This document shows positions 31,835 through 42,152 of a stretch of 64,000 nucleotides of DNA, one piece after another (positions within the stretch are counted from its first letter, which is position 1; every line of letters starts with the position of its first letter). This DNA is from an uncultured Actinomycetes bacterium. GTDB lineage: Bacteria; Actinomycetota; Thermoleophilia; RBG-16-64-13. Location: the NCBI GenBank assembly GCA_963706025.1, contig CAVPLM010000003.1, positions 256,001-320,000 of the forward strand. The letters run 5' to 3'. The notes beneath the pieces are model-generated. The model did not search any database. It was given only the letters and a program-made list of their open reading frames with translations, and was not told the DNA's origin. Position numbers and translations under genes: made by a program.

Positions 31835-31979
31835 GGGGCGGGAACCGGTTGCGACCCGGGCGGCGGTCGTCGACCCGGGCGTCGGTGGCCGCGTTCGCGG
31901 CCTGGCCCGGGTGCTGGCGACGGCCGGGTATCAGCGGGGGCGTTCTTGGTCTGACCCGGGGTATCATTGACCAAGCTGC

Positions 31980-32076
31980 GGAGCGGCGCTCGGTCTGGTG
32001 GCCGGCCCGGTCTTCAAAACCGGTGTTGGGCGGTAGTCCCGTCCAGGGTGGGTTCGATTCCCATGCCGCTCCGCCA
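31980..32076 (+). tRNA. selC: tRNA-Sec (UCA)
   Basis: 8-bp acceptor stem GGAGCGGC/GCCGCTCC, 6-bp D stem, anticodon loop CTTCAAA, long variable arm, GCCA end. Confidence 0.95.
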
Positions 32077-32160
32077 ACTCCCTGGTCATCGGCGTACCAG
32101 CTTGATAATGTCGCTCACACGACCATTTCTCTTACCCGATAGCCAATAAAGGAGGACGGT

Positions 32161-32391
32161 ATGCAGCTGACATTGGGCGACGACGAGGCCCAAGTACTTG
32201 CAGAGACGGTCAAGGGTCGCATAAACGCGCTGCTCATGAGCATAGCCAGGGCGGATTCACGTTCCTACAAGGACCAGCTCATCGCGGAAGGCAGTCTTCT
32301 CGAAGGCATCTACGAGAAGCTCGGATGCGCGCACGACGAGTGGAGCGAAGCCAAGAGCTGCGGCTTCGAGGCGGCGAAAAAAGCGGAATAG
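32161..32391 (+). CDS. Small hypothetical protein (76 aa)
   Basis: Strong AAAGGAGG RBS before the ATG; helical-looking sequence. Confidence 0.65.
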   Translation: MQLTLGDDEAQVLAETVKGRINALLMSIARADSRSYKDQLIAEGSLLEGIYEKLGCAHDEWSEAKSCGFEAAKKAE

Positions 32392-32460
32392 GCTTCGCTG
32401 GCTCAGTTGTCGAGCCCGCCTCCAGTGGGAGGGCGGCGTTACTCTACGAGGACGGAACGA

Positions 32461-32910
32461 GTGCGGGCCATCACGTTTCACTACAGTATGCCGCGGTGCG
32501 CATGCGCCCGGCTGGCGGGACTTGTGACGCCGCGTGCTTATGTGGGCCGCTTGGCCCCCACGCAGCTGGAGGACATCCCTCAGACCTCTCTGCCCGCCGA
32601 GGACTGGGTGCTTCTGCGCGTTATCAGGTGCGGCATCTGCGGCAGCGACGTCAAGCAGGTGTTCATGGAGGCCCACTTCGACAACCCCCTCACCTCCCTC
32701 ATCAGTTTCCCTCAGGTGTTGGGGCACGAGGCCGTGGGGGTGATCGAGCAAGTAGGTCCAGGCGTGAGGCGGCGGCAGGTGGCTGAGCGGGTCGTCCTCA
32801 ACCCATGGCTGGCCTGCACAGCGGACGGGGTGGTCGGGCGGGAATCCTCGCTCTCAGACCTCTTAGGACGGGCCGCCAGGGCTGGGTTGGCGGCCTCGCC
32901 TTCTGGGTAA
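32461..32910 (+). pseudogene. Truncated Zn-dependent dehydrogenase (N-terminal GroES domain only)
   Basis: CGICGSD, LGHE and VVLNPWLAC present; homology stops near 32820 with no Rossmann domain in the remaining space. Confidence 0.75.
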
Positions 32911-32951
32911 CTTTGGCTTGATTCAGTAGCGAATCCAGCAAGGAGCGGCCC

Positions 32952-35117
32952 GTGGCCGGACTTGCCCGGTGGTGCTACCGGCACCGCGTCATCGTCGTTG
33001 TCGCCTGGCTGGTAGTTCTCGTGTCCGTCATCGGCATCGCACGAGCGGTCGGCAGTGCCTACACCGACTCCTTCAGCTTGCCCGGAACCGAGTCCTCGCG
33101 TGGCCTTCAGCTCCTCCGTTCCGAACTTCCCCAGCAATCGAGCGACTCCGGCACGATCGTCTGGCACACCCCGGATGCCTCCGTGAACGACCCGGCGGTC
33201 AAGGCGAGCATCCAATCTCTGCTCGAGCAAGTCGCGGCAGCGTCGTCGGTCGCCTCAGTGAATGGCCCCTACGATCCGGCGGGGGCAGGACAGATCAGCA
33301 AGGACGCCAAGACCGCCTACGCGACCGTGACGTTTGTCGGACGGGGTTCGTCGCTGCCCAAGCAGGACGTTCTTCACGTTGTAGACCTCGTTCGCGCTGC
33401 CCGTGCCCCAGGCCTGCAGGTCGAGGCGGGTGGCCACGCCATCGAGCACGCCACCGAGGGCTCTCTGTCGAGCAGCATGGCCGTCGGGCTGATCGCGGCC
33501 GCCGTGATCATTCTGGTCGCTTTCGGCTCGTTCTTCGGCATGCTGCTGCCGCTCATCACGGCCGGGGTAGCGCTCGGCATGACGATATTCGGCATCGAAC
33601 TGGTCTCCCATGCGGTCGGGATCAACTCCGTCGCTCCAACCATGGCCATCGTCATCGGGCTGGGTGTGGGCATCGACTACGCGCTCTTCATAGTCACCAG
33701 GTACCGTCACGGTCTCAAGATCGGGATGCCGCCAGAAGGGGCGGCCATGGAAGCGCTGAATACGGCCGGCCGCGCAGTGCTTGTCGCCGGCGGAACGGTC
33801 TGCATCGCACTACTAGGCCTGCTGGTGCTCCGCATGAGCTTGCTCGACGGCCTGGCCTACTCATCGGTCTTTGCTGTGGCGCTCACCATGGCTACCGCCA
33901 TCACGCTCTTGCCTGCGCTCCTGGGCTTCATGGGCCCGCGGGTGCTCAGTCGTCGCGAGCGAGCACGACTGGCCAAGACGGGACCGCAGGAAGGCCACGG
34001 GGGCGGCTTCTGGCCACGCCTGGGAGGCTTTGTCTCCCGCCGCCCCGTGATCCTCGCGGTGAGCGCATCGATCCTGATGCTCGTTCTCGCCAGCCCCTTC
34101 CTTTCGCTGCGGCTGGGCCTGTCCGACGCCGGGAACGACCCTGCCTCCTCGACCACGCGCAAGGCTTACGACCTGCTGACCCAGGGCTTCGGCCCGGGCT
34201 TCAACGGTCCGCTGCTCCTGGTGGCGCAGTTGGGTTCGTCGGCCGACGCGGCCGCGCTTGAACGATTGACCCAGGCCCTCGAGGGCGAGGACGGCGTGGC
34301 TGCCGTCGTCCCCTTTCCCACCCAGCCGGGGGCGAAGGTGGCTATCGTCCAGCTCATCCCCACGACTTCATCTCAGGACGCGCGCACCGGTGACCTGATA
34401 ACCCGTCTACGGAGCGACGTGATCCCGGCAGCCGAAAAGGGGAGCGATCTCCAGGTGCTCGTCAGTGGAGGCCCAGCGATCGCTCACGACTTCGCCGCCG
34501 CCGTCACCTCCAAACTGCCGCTCTTCGTCGGCGTCATCGTCGCGCTCGGTTTCCTTCTCCTGTTCGTCGCCTTCCGTAGCTTCGTGGTCCCCGCTACCGC
34601 CGCTCTTATGAATCTCCTCGCGGCCGCGGCCGCGTTCGGCGTCGTCATCGCCTTCTTTCAGTTCGGCTGGGGATCGGACCGACTGGGGCTGGGGCGGGCC
34701 GGGCCGCTGGAGGCGTTTCTGCCGGTGATCATGTTGGCCGTGCTTTTCGGCCTCTCCATGGACTATCAGGTGTTCCTCGTGAGCCGCATACACGAAGAGT
34801 GGGTCCATACGCACGACAACCGCCGTTCGGTCATCGCAGGGCAGGCCGCCACAGGACGCGTGATAACCGCGGCGGCCGCCATCATGATCTGTGTCTTTGT
34901 GGCTTTTGTCCTGGGCGGCCAGCGGGTCATCGCCGAGTTTGGCGTCGGACTCGCCGCCGCCGTTCTTCTCGACGCCTTCGTATTGCGGACCTTTCTCGTG
35001 CCGTCCCTGATGCATCTTTTCGGCAAAGCGAACTGGTGGCTTCCCCGCTCGGTCGATCGTCGCCTGCCCCATCTAGCAGTGGAGCCGGCCGAGGACACGA
35101 GGAAACACGAGAGATGA
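32952..35117 (+). CDS. MMPL (RND superfamily) transporter
   Basis: GLGVGIDYALFIVTRYR, GFGPGFNGPL and LFGLSMDYQVFLVSRIHEE motifs. Confidence 0.93.
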   Translation: MAGLARWCYRHRVIVVVAWLVVLVSVIGIARAVGSAYTDSFSLPGTESSRGLQLLRSELPQQSSDSGTIVWHTPDASVNDPAVKASIQSLLEQVAAASSVASVNGPYDPAGAGQISKDAKTAYATVTFVGRGSSLPKQDVLHVVDLVRAARAPGLQVEAGGHAIEHATEGSLSSSMAVGLIAAAVIILVAFGSFFGMLLPLITAGVALGMTIFGIELVSHAVGINSVAPTMAIVIGLGVGIDYALFIVTRYRHGLKIGMPPEGAAMEALNTAGRAVLVAGGTVCIALLGLLVLRMSLLDGLAYSSVFAVALTMATAITLLPALLGFMGPRVLSRRERARLAKTGPQEGHGGGFWPRLGGFVSRRPVILAVSASILMLVLASPFLSLRLGLSDAGNDPASSTTRKAYDLLTQGFGPGFNGPLLLVAQLGSSADAAALERLTQALEGEDGVAAVVPFPTQPGAKVAIVQLIPTTSSQDARTGDLITRLRSDVIPAAEKGSDLQVLVSGGPAIAHDFAAAVTSKLPLFVGVIVALGFLLLFVAFRSFVVPATAALMNLLAAAAAFGVVIAFFQFGWGSDRLGLGRAGPLEAFLPVIMLAVLFGLSMDYQVFLVSRIHEEWVHTHDNRRSVIAGQAATGRVITAAAAIMICVFVAFVLGGQRVIAEFGVGLAAAVLLDAFVLRTFLVPSLMHLFGKANWWLPRSVDRRLPHLAVEPAEDTRKHER

Positions 35118-35155
35118 CGTTCGCCTCAGCTTCGGCCTGCCAAAGGGGACGATCT

Positions 35156-35199
35156 GGTAGTCCCGTCCAGGGTGGGTTCGATTCCCATGCCGCTCCGCC
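35156..35199 (+). repeat. Duplicated 3' 44 bp of tRNA-Sec (att site)
   Basis: GGTAGTCCCGTCCAGGGTGGGTTCGATTCCCATGCCGCTCCGCC, an exact copy. Confidence 0.95.
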
Positions 35200-35297
35200 G
35201 GGCCATTTGCGGGGATTTCTGCTTCCGCCGCCGGGTGCCAGAAGGACAAGAGCTGACTGTATGCGGCGGATTTGTCGTCATTTTGACGTGATTGAAT

Positions 35298-35321
35298 CAC
35301 ATTCACATTCACATTCACATT
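35298..35321 (+). repeat. (CACATT)x4 hexamer tandem repeat
   Basis: Seen directly between the att copy and the integrase remnant. Confidence 0.9.
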
Positions 35322-35331
35322 CGGAAGTCAG

Positions 35332-35448
35332 CTATTTGGCTGTCGGACCGAGCTGCGCAAACGCCTTCTTCATCACTTCATCCAGCACAGTCGCAGTAAG
35401 CCTGTCCTGGCCTTCAAGAATGTGTCCGTACAGGTCTGCAGTAATCGA
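35332..35448 (-). pseudogene. C-terminal remnant of a tyrosine recombinase (integrase)
   Basis: SITADLYGHILEGQDRLTATVLDEVMKKAFAQLGPTAK* resembles the (S)ITxDxYxH catalytic-Tyr box; lower GC; points toward the att copy. Confidence 0.7.
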
Positions 35449-35621
35449 CCCGCGAGGAGGTGACACGGTTGACTCCTTGTCTCTAAGCGAGCTCGAACAA
35501 CTCTGCTCCCTCTCCCCGCCCGGGCGAGATAGTAAGATGGAAGGAGGAGCACGCGATTCCTCCGCGAGAAAGGAGATTCCTCAAGCGCGGAAGAGGTATA
35601 GGTGGCCCGGGCCGCCGAGCG

Positions 35622-35794
35622 ATGAGGCGACGTGTCCGACGCAAAGTTCGACGGAGACGATCCTCGTCGGTGGAGCCGTGGTCCTGGCGGCCAGCGCCGG
35701 ATCCAAGGCCGTCAAACTGAGCCAGCAGGATGCCCAGAAGATCGAAGAAGCGACCGGCATGCCCCCGGAGGACGAAGCGGCGCTCGCCGAATAG
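35622..35794 (+). CDS. Small Arg-rich membrane peptide, frameshifted or remnant
   Basis: MRRRVRRKVRRR / ILVGGAVVLAASAGSKAVKLSQQDAQKIEEATGMPPED read across one frameshift. Confidence 0.35.
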
Positions 35795-35887
35795 CGGGGC
35801 GACACCGAGGGCGATAGGCTCGATCCTGGTTGCCGATACTTGGCCGAGGTTGGGCGGGGCCCTCTTCCAACGAAGCGGAGGTGCGGA

Positions 35888-37363
35888 GTGAACGGAAAGA
35901 AGACTCAGAACCAGCCCAAGGTTTCGATGGGAGAAATAGCAGCCGAGGTGATCCAGGCCGCGCCCCCCAAGGTCGAGCACTTCACGGCCGAGGCGCGCGC
36001 GTCGATGGGGAAGGCGGCCCGTCAGCGGGCGCCCCTTGACAGCCACGCCGGGTGGACCCCTTCGAAGTACCGGGTCGACCCTATCTCCCTGCTCGAAGAG
36101 CAGGCCGAGACTCGGTTGCCCGAGCTGGTGCCCATCCGCTACGGCCGGATGATGGTATCGCCCTTCACGTTCTACCGAGGCGCGGCCTACATCATGGCTT
36201 CCGACCTAGCTTCTACTCCCCGTTCGGGCCTTCGGGTGCAGGCCTGCGGCGACGCCCACCTCATGAACTTCGGCGTGTTCGCGTCTCCCGAACGGGAACT
36301 CATGTTCGATATGAACGACTTCGACGAGACCCTTCCCGCCGCATGGGAGTGGGACGTGAAGCGCCTGGCGGCCAGCTTCGTAGTGGCGGCAAGGGACCGC
36401 GGCTTCGACACCAAACTGCGGCGCACGATCGTGCTCGTTGCGGTCCGCAGCTACCGGGAGGCCATGCGCAGTTTCGCTGCCATGAAGAACCTCGAGGTCT
36501 GGTACTCCAAGCTGGATATGAACTCGGTAGTGACGCGCTTGCGCGAAAACGTCGACCCGAAGATGGCGGCCCGACTCGAGGCCCAGCTGGACAAGATCCG
36601 CGGCAAGAACAACCTGCGCGCCTTTGAGAAGCTGACTATCGCCACCGACGGTGAGCCCCGCATCGTAAGCGATCCCCCGCTGCTCGTCCCCCTTGCGGAG
36701 CTCATGCCCGATCTGCAGCGAGACGAATTCATTCAGCTTATCCGCGCCGTGCTCCGTTCCTACCGCCGCACACTGCAGGGGGATCGACGCCGCCTACTCG
36801 AGAGCTACCGCGTGGTGGACGCGGCGCGCAAGGTGGTCGGTGTCGGGAGCGTTGGCACCCGCGCGAACGTGGGCCTCTTGCTCGGCCGGGATGACCAAGA
36901 CCCTCTCTTCTTGCAGATGAAAGAAGCCCAGGACTCGGTCCTTGCCCCCTTCGCAGGCAAGAGCCTTCACTCAAACCAGGGTCAGCGCGTGGTCGAAGGC
37001 CAGCGTCTCATGCAGGCGACCAGCGACATCTTTCTCGGCTGGGTACGGCAGATCGGGATGGACGGGAAGCAGCACGACTACTACGTCCGCCAGTTGTGGG
37101 ACGCCAAGGGCTCGGCCGACCCGGCGGTCATGTTGCCGAAGGGCTTCGAGGTCTATGCGCGCGTGTGCGGCTGGACGCTCGCCCGAGCCCATGCCCGCTC
37201 GGGGGACAGAATCGCTATTGGGGCGTACCTAGGCAAGAAGGACACCTTCGACCAGGCCGTCGCCGACTTCTCCGAGGCTTACGCCGACCAGAACGAGGCC
37301 GACTACCAGAGCCTCGTCGAGGCCGTGCGTAGCGGTCGGATCATCGCCCAGGAAGGGGTGTAG
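35888..37363 (+). CDS. DUF2252 family protein (kinase-like fold)
   Basis: IRYGRMMVSPFTFYRGAA, CGDAHLMNFG, KVVGVGSVGTR and LARAHARSGD motifs. Confidence 0.92.
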   Translation: MNGKKTQNQPKVSMGEIAAEVIQAAPPKVEHFTAEARASMGKAARQRAPLDSHAGWTPSKYRVDPISLLEEQAETRLPELVPIRYGRMMVSPFTFYRGAAYIMASDLASTPRSGLRVQACGDAHLMNFGVFASPERELMFDMNDFDETLPAAWEWDVKRLAASFVVAARDRGFDTKLRRTIVLVAVRSYREAMRSFAAMKNLEVWYSKLDMNSVVTRLRENVDPKMAARLEAQLDKIRGKNNLRAFEKLTIATDGEPRIVSDPPLLVPLAELMPDLQRDEFIQLIRAVLRSYRRTLQGDRRRLLESYRVVDAARKVVGVGSVGTRANVGLLLGRDDQDPLFLQMKEAQDSVLAPFAGKSLHSNQGQRVVEGQRLMQATSDIFLGWVRQIGMDGKQHDYYVRQLWDAKGSADPAVMLPKGFEVYARVCGWTLARAHARSGDRIAIGAYLGKKDTFDQAVADFSEAYADQNEADYQSLVEAVRSGRIIAQEGV

Positions 37364-37560
37364 CCGACGGACCAACCGACTGCGAACCCTTGGCCAACTG
37401 TGCCCCGAGGGTCGCAGGCGTTATGCCGACAGGAGAGCGGCGGCGGCCTACGCTGAGGCCGAGCTGCCGCCACGAGGGAGCCTTTCGCGCATGGCCTGCG
37501 TCAGATAACCTGTTCGAGGGGGAGCCCTGCTAGGCAGGGCTGAGACCAGGGGGACCGGCG

Positions 37561-38205
37561 ATGAGGGGAACCAGAACTGGTAGCCCAGCACTGCTGCTCG
37601 TCATCGGCATCTCACTTCTTACGATGCTTTTTCTCTTCGGCTGCGGATCCGGCGGTTCAGAAAGGTTGGGAACTGCCTCCACCGTAACCACGTCCGGAGT
37701 GCCGTCTACCTCCTCTTCGCCCTCCCCGACCTCGACCTCACTCTCAGAGGCCCCGCCCCTACCAGATGTCATGCCGGCCGATTTCGGCTTCGTGGCCGCC
37801 TACGGAGTGACAGCCAAGAATGTGCTCGACACCTTCGCCGGGACCTTCACCAAGGACATCATCAGCCCCAAACCAAACCCGACGGCGGAACTTCGCTTGA
37901 CCCCAGAGGAGCTCGCCACCCTTTACCAGGACCTCGTCGATATGGGCATCCTCGACTACCCGTCTGTATTTCGGCCTGAGCTGGAGAACCAGTCGGGCAC
38001 CATGATGATGGTGCAGCCCTATAAGACCTACCTGCTGACGATCCGGGCGGGCGGCAACGAGAAGCACATTTCCTGGGAGGACGCCAACCAGATGAGCACC
38101 CCGAGGGCGGAAGCCCTGCGCGACTGGTTCACGAAGCTCCAGCAACTGATCGAGGCCACGCCTGAGTACCAGGCCATGCCGCCGGCGGAGGGTGGTTACC
38201 TGTAG
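37561..38205 (+). CDS. Putative lipoprotein
   Basis: Signal peptide with LFGC lipobox followed by a Ser/Thr-rich linker. Confidence 0.7.
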   Translation: MRGTRTGSPALLLVIGISLLTMLFLFGCGSGGSERLGTASTVTTSGVPSTSSSPSPTSTSLSEAPPLPDVMPADFGFVAAYGVTAKNVLDTFAGTFTKDIISPKPNPTAELRLTPEELATLYQDLVDMGILDYPSVFRPELENQSGTMMMVQPYKTYLLTIRAGGNEKHISWEDANQMSTPRAEALRDWFTKLQQLIEATPEYQAMPPAEGGYL

Positions 38206-38434
38206 CTGCTGGGTGCGGCGGAGTATTTCGGCGACGTGGACGGCTATCTCTACGCGTGAAGTAGGTTCAGCTCTGCCTGATTACCGGCGGAAGCTGCGGC
38301 CGTGGCAAAGGGAGGGCCTGTGGCGGTCCCGGACGATGCCCCCACCTGGCCCTCGCCTCCCGGAAGTGACACCCGCCCCGCCGGACTCGCTGGATCAGCG
38401 GCTACTTCCGCCCTCCGTTTGCAGCCGTGCAGTT

Positions 38435-38941
38435 CTACGCTGGAGGTTCTTCGCCAGCCGGCTGGAGCGTCTTCTCGATCTTGGTCAGGTCGTAGCCCTT
38501 GTCGGCGATGAGCTTGAGGAGGTCCCCGTACAGCACGTCATCCATCTGGGGCGTGCGGCTCAGTATCCAGAGATAGTTCCGGCCTGGATGTCCGACGATC
38601 GCCCATCGGTAGTCCTCATCGAGCCCGATGATCCAGTAGCTCCCCCAGAAGGGCCAGAAGAAGGTGACCTTGAGCTTGGCGTTGGTTGTCCTATCGACGA
38701 CCCGGGCCTTGCCGCTCGCCTTGCGGATCTTCCCGTCCAGCGTTCCCTCCAGGCAGGTGTTGACCACCTGGATATCCCCATCTTTGCGGAGCGAGTACTC
38801 GGCCGTCGATCCGACACACCCCTTCTGAAAGCGTTGCGGGATGGCCGCGATCTCGTACCAGGTCCCGAGGTATCTCTGCAGGTCCACATAGCGGACGGCC
38901 TCCAGCGGTTTCATCTTCTGGGCGCCCCCCGTCGACGCCAT
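38435..38941 (-). CDS. blc: Bacterial lipocalin (Blc family), no evident signal peptide
   Basis: VDLQRYLGTWYEIA, LKVTFFWPF..YWII and YLWILSRTP motifs. Confidence 0.9.
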   Translation of the reverse strand: MASTGGAQKMKPLEAVRYVDLQRYLGTWYEIAAIPQRFQKGCVGSTAEYSLRKDGDIQVVNTCLEGTLDGKIRKASGKARVVDRTTNAKLKVTFFWPFWGSYWIIGLDEDYRWAIVGHPGRNYLWILSRTPQMDDVLYGDLLKLIADKGYDLTKIEKTLQPAGEEPPA

Positions 38942-38942
38942 C

Positions 38943-39833
38943 TCAGGCCCGAACCTCGGCCGATCCCTGGATCAACGCCACAATGGCCTCTACCATGTCT
39001 TCGGGGGTGCGCCCGACAGCGACTCCGGCCTCTTCCAAAGCCTTGATCTTCTCTGCAGCGGTGCCGTAGCCACCGGAGACGATGGCCCCGGCGTGTCCCA
39101 TCCGTTTGCCCGCAGGCGCCGTCTTGCCCGCGACGAAAGCGACCACCGGCTTCGTGAACTCTCTGGCGATGAAGCCGGCCGCTTCCTCCTCGTCCGTCCC
39201 GCCGATCTCCCCTATGAGGGCGACGACCCTGGTCTCGGGGTCTTTCTCGAACAAAGTAAGGATCTCGACGAAAGACGATCCGACGATGGGATCGCCGCCG
39301 ATACCGACGGAGGTGGACTGGCCGATCCCTCGTTTGGTGAGCTCGCTCACCAATTCGTAGGAGAGGGTGCCGCTTCTGGAGACCACACCCACCGGACCGG
39401 GGGTGTAGAAATCATACGGGGTGATCCCCACGTTTGACTGCCCAGGCGTTATCAGCCCGGGACAGTTGGGACCGAGGAGAAGGCAGCCCTTCAGTCGCGC
39501 GTAGTGATAGGCCTTGACCACGTCCAGGGCGGGTATGCCCTCCGTTATGCAGACGACCAGATGAATGCCGGCGTCGACCGCCTCCACGATGGCATCCACG
39601 GCAAACGCGGCCGGCACGAAGATGGTCGAGGTGGTAGCACCGGTGGCTGCGACAGCCTCACTGACGGAATCGAAGACCGGGATCCCTGCGACGTTCTCCC
39701 CGCCCCGAAGCGGCGTCACCCCGGCGACAACCTTGGTGCCGCACGCGAGCATCTGACGGGCCTGGAAGGCGCCTTCTCGCCCGGTGATGCCCTGGACAAG
39801 GACGCGCGTGTCGGAGTCGATCAGGATGCTCAC
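38943..39833 (-). CDS. sucD: Succinyl-CoA synthetase alpha subunit
   Basis: VQGITG, GPNCPG, SRSGTL and RMGHAGA motifs. Confidence 0.95.
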   Translation of the reverse strand: MSILIDSDTRVLVQGITGREGAFQARQMLACGTKVVAGVTPLRGGENVAGIPVFDSVSEAVAATGATTSTIFVPAAFAVDAIVEAVDAGIHLVVCITEGIPALDVVKAYHYARLKGCLLLGPNCPGLITPGQSNVGITPYDFYTPGPVGVVSRSGTLSYELVSELTKRGIGQSTSVGIGGDPIVGSSFVEILTLFEKDPETRVVALIGEIGGTDEEEAAGFIAREFTKPVVAFVAGKTAPAGKRMGHAGAIVSGGYGTAAEKIKALEEAGVAVGRTPEDMVEAIVALIQGSAEVRA

Positions 39834-40981
39834 GTGGCCGCCTTCTCGAACTGGTCGGCCAAGCGGATGGCCATCTCCGCGGCCTGCGAGGTGTTCTCGG
39901 CCAACTGCACGTTCGCCTCCTCCAGGATCCTCCTGCCTTCCTTCTCGTTCGTCCCCACGAGACGGACGACGATGGGTACGGTCGGCTGGAGCTCCGCCAG
40001 ACCGGCGACTAGGCCCTGCGCGAAGACGTCACACCGCGTGATTCCACCGAAGATATTGAAGAGGATGACGCGTACGTTTCTATCTGCGAGCACGATCCGC
40101 AGGGCTGGCGTGACCTCCGCCGCTTTGATCCCACCACCGAAATCAAGGAAATTGGCCGCCGCGCCGCCGTGGGCTTGTATCACGTCCATGGTGGCCATCG
40201 CCAGACCGGCACCGTTCACTACGCAGCCAATGGTCCCGTCCAGCCTGACATAGTTCACGCCGAACTGCCTGGCCCTTGCTTCCAGAGGCTCCTCCTCCCC
40301 CGAGTCCCGCATTTTGGCCAGTATCGGATGCCGGAAGAGAGCGTTGTCATCTATGACCATCTTGGCGTCAAGCCCCACGAGGAGCCCGTCCGTGGTCAGA
40401 GCCAAGGGGTTGATCTCTACGAGCGAGCAATCATTGTCCAGAAAGGCAGCGAGCAAAGACTTGGAGATCGAGGCGAAAGAGCGGGCCTGGTCTCCTCTCA
40501 GCCCGACACCGGTGGCCAGCTGGAGCGCCTGGTAGTCGGCCAGACCCATGAACGGATCGGCTGTGACCCGGACGATGCTGTCGGGAGAGTCCCGCGCTGC
40601 CTGCTCGATGTCGATGCCGCCTTCGCAGGCGCCCATGAGGGTCACGCCCTTCTTGGGGCGATCGAGGGTGGCGCCGAGATAGAACTCCTTGGCTACGGCG
40701 ACCGTCTCGGTCAGGAGGACTTTGCGGACCTTGTGCCCGCTGATGGTCGTCCCCAAAAGAGCCTCGGCGCACTCCAACACCTGTTCGGGCGTATCGGCCA
40801 GTGTCACCCCGCCGGCTTTGCCGCGGCCACCGAGGTGCACTTGGGCCTTCACCGCGACTCTGCCCCCGAGGCGGCGGGCTATGGCTTCAGCTTCTTGGGG
40901 AGAGTAGGCGACAGTGCCCGGCGGGAAGACCAGCCCGTAGGGGGCCAAGATCTCCCGTGCCTGGTACTCGTGGAGGTTCAT
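39830..40981 (-). CDS. sucC: Succinyl-CoA synthetase beta subunit
   Basis: [33 protein letters not shown] and [10 protein letters not shown] motifs. Confidence 0.95.
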   Translation of the reverse strand: MNLHEYQAREILAPYGLVFPPGTVAYSPQEAEAIARRLGGRVAVKAQVHLGGRGKAGGVTLADTPEQVLECAEALLGTTISGHKVRKVLLTETVAVAKEFYLGATLDRPKKGVTLMGACEGGIDIEQAARDSPDSIVRVTADPFMGLADYQALQLATGVGLRGDQARSFASISKSLLAAFLDNDCSLVEINPLALTTDGLLVGLDAKMVIDDNALFRHPILAKMRDSGEEEPLEARARQFGVNYVRLDGTIGCVVNGAGLAMATMDVIQAHGGAAANFLDFGGGIKAAEVTPALRIVLADRNVRVILFNIFGGITRCDVFAQGLVAGLAELQPTVPIVVRLVGTNEKEGRRILEEANVQLAENTSQAAEMAIRLADQFEKAAT

Positions 40982-41137
40982 CCTCTAGCGAGCTCCGGTT
41001 CCAGGCTCGGAGGAGCCAATATCAGCGGCGCCGTCAGCGGCGCTGGCTACCACGGGCGTCACCTCGATCGAAGGGGCCTAGCTTTGCTTGCTTGTAGTAT
41101 AAACCACCGAGTGGCCGCGGCCACTCCCTTCCGCCGA

Positions 41138-41944
41138 TCACGAGCGGTGTCCCGCGCGTCCTGCCCAGAGACGCACGTCCGGATGCCGCTTGAAGTGCTC
41201 CACCATCTCCCTGAGGTCCGTGCCGGTCACTTTGACGCGGGGGATGTGCAAGGGGCGAAAATCCGGCGAGAACGGGGAAGGACACGGTCCACCTCCTACC
41301 TCGACCACCGCGCGGTAGTCGTACGCGGCGCCCTGGTAGGCGCCTGTGAAGATACTGTCGCTTTCCGGGTAGGCGCCGTACGGGGGCGCCAGGCTTTCCA
41401 CCTCATATCCGCCGCCGATCATGTCCTCCAGCATCACCTTCGACAGCGCCAGTTGCCTACGTGCTTCTTCGGCCGTGATCTCGTTCAACCGCAGGTGCGA
41501 GATAGTGTGGCTTCCCACCTCGTAGCCCCACTCGACCAAGTTCCTCAGCTTCTCTGACTTCTGCTCGGGTTGGCCGAAGACGACACGTTCGGAAGCCTCG
41601 GTGTCCAACAGAGGGAAGAACGTCGCGCGGGAGGCCCAGTCCCCCTCAGCCACCGCGGTCTGCATGATCCCCACTGCACACTCGGGATCTAGACTGCCGT
41701 CGGACAACAGCCGGTACTGCCCCGGGGTAGAGTCGTCGAAGGTGAGGACAACAGGGGATCTCCCGGCGGGCACGTCCACACGACCGTGGGCCAGATCGCG
41801 CAGGTTGATGGGGTAGTAGCCCTTGCTCTTGAGCAGCGCGATGTCCTCGCGGAACTCCGCCGGAGTGCGCGTCCACTCCGGCCGCGTGACATCCGCGGCG
41901 ATGATGTGGTACATGAGCACCATGATCCGGCCGGTTTCGCGCAT
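41138..41944 (-). CDS. Polysaccharide deacetylase (CE4-like)
   Basis: LMYH, VLTFDDS, GSHTISH and PYG motifs. Confidence 0.8.
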   Translation of the reverse strand: MRETGRIMVLMYHIIAADVTRPEWTRTPAEFREDIALLKSKGYYPINLRDLAHGRVDVPAGRSPVVLTFDDSTPGQYRLLSDGSLDPECAVGIMQTAVAEGDWASRATFFPLLDTEASERVVFGQPEQKSEKLRNLVEWGYEVGSHTISHLRLNEITAEEARRQLALSKVMLEDMIGGGYEVESLAPPYGAYPESDSIFTGAYQGAAYDYRAVVEVGGGPCPSPFSPDFRPLHIPRVKVTGTDLREMVEHFKRHPDVRLWAGRAGHRS

Positions 41945-42152
41945 GTCCGGGTCCGTTTCCTCGCCTGTGCTCGCCGGGTAGGTGCCGGTCCACCGCGCAT
42001 GGCCCCATCGGGAGCTGCAGCGAGCGTGGCGAGACCCTGGGTTTCGCGTAGCCCACGGAATACTCTTGAAGGCATGCTTCGGGCCGAGGCAACGCCCAGA
42101 CCGTCGCGTCGCGACGCTGTCAAGGTGATTCGCGAGGGCGCAGAAGAGGAAT

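Larger units (their letters stand above)
32032..35199. mobile_element. About 3.1-kb genomic islet integrated at the 3' end of selC, bounded by 44-bp direct repeats; no internal integrase
   Basis: 32032..32075 is identical to 35156..35199. Confidence 0.8.

Noticed and set aside
35156-35199. Second tRNA-Sec gene
   Set aside because: Only the 3' 44 bp is present, with no D or anticodon arm.
41960-42065. Possible c-di-GMP-I riboswitch upstream of the deacetylase (ACGCGAAACCCAGGGTCT on the minus strand)
   Set aside because: The GCAAAC...GAAA first stem is not evident; it would need an Infernal hit.
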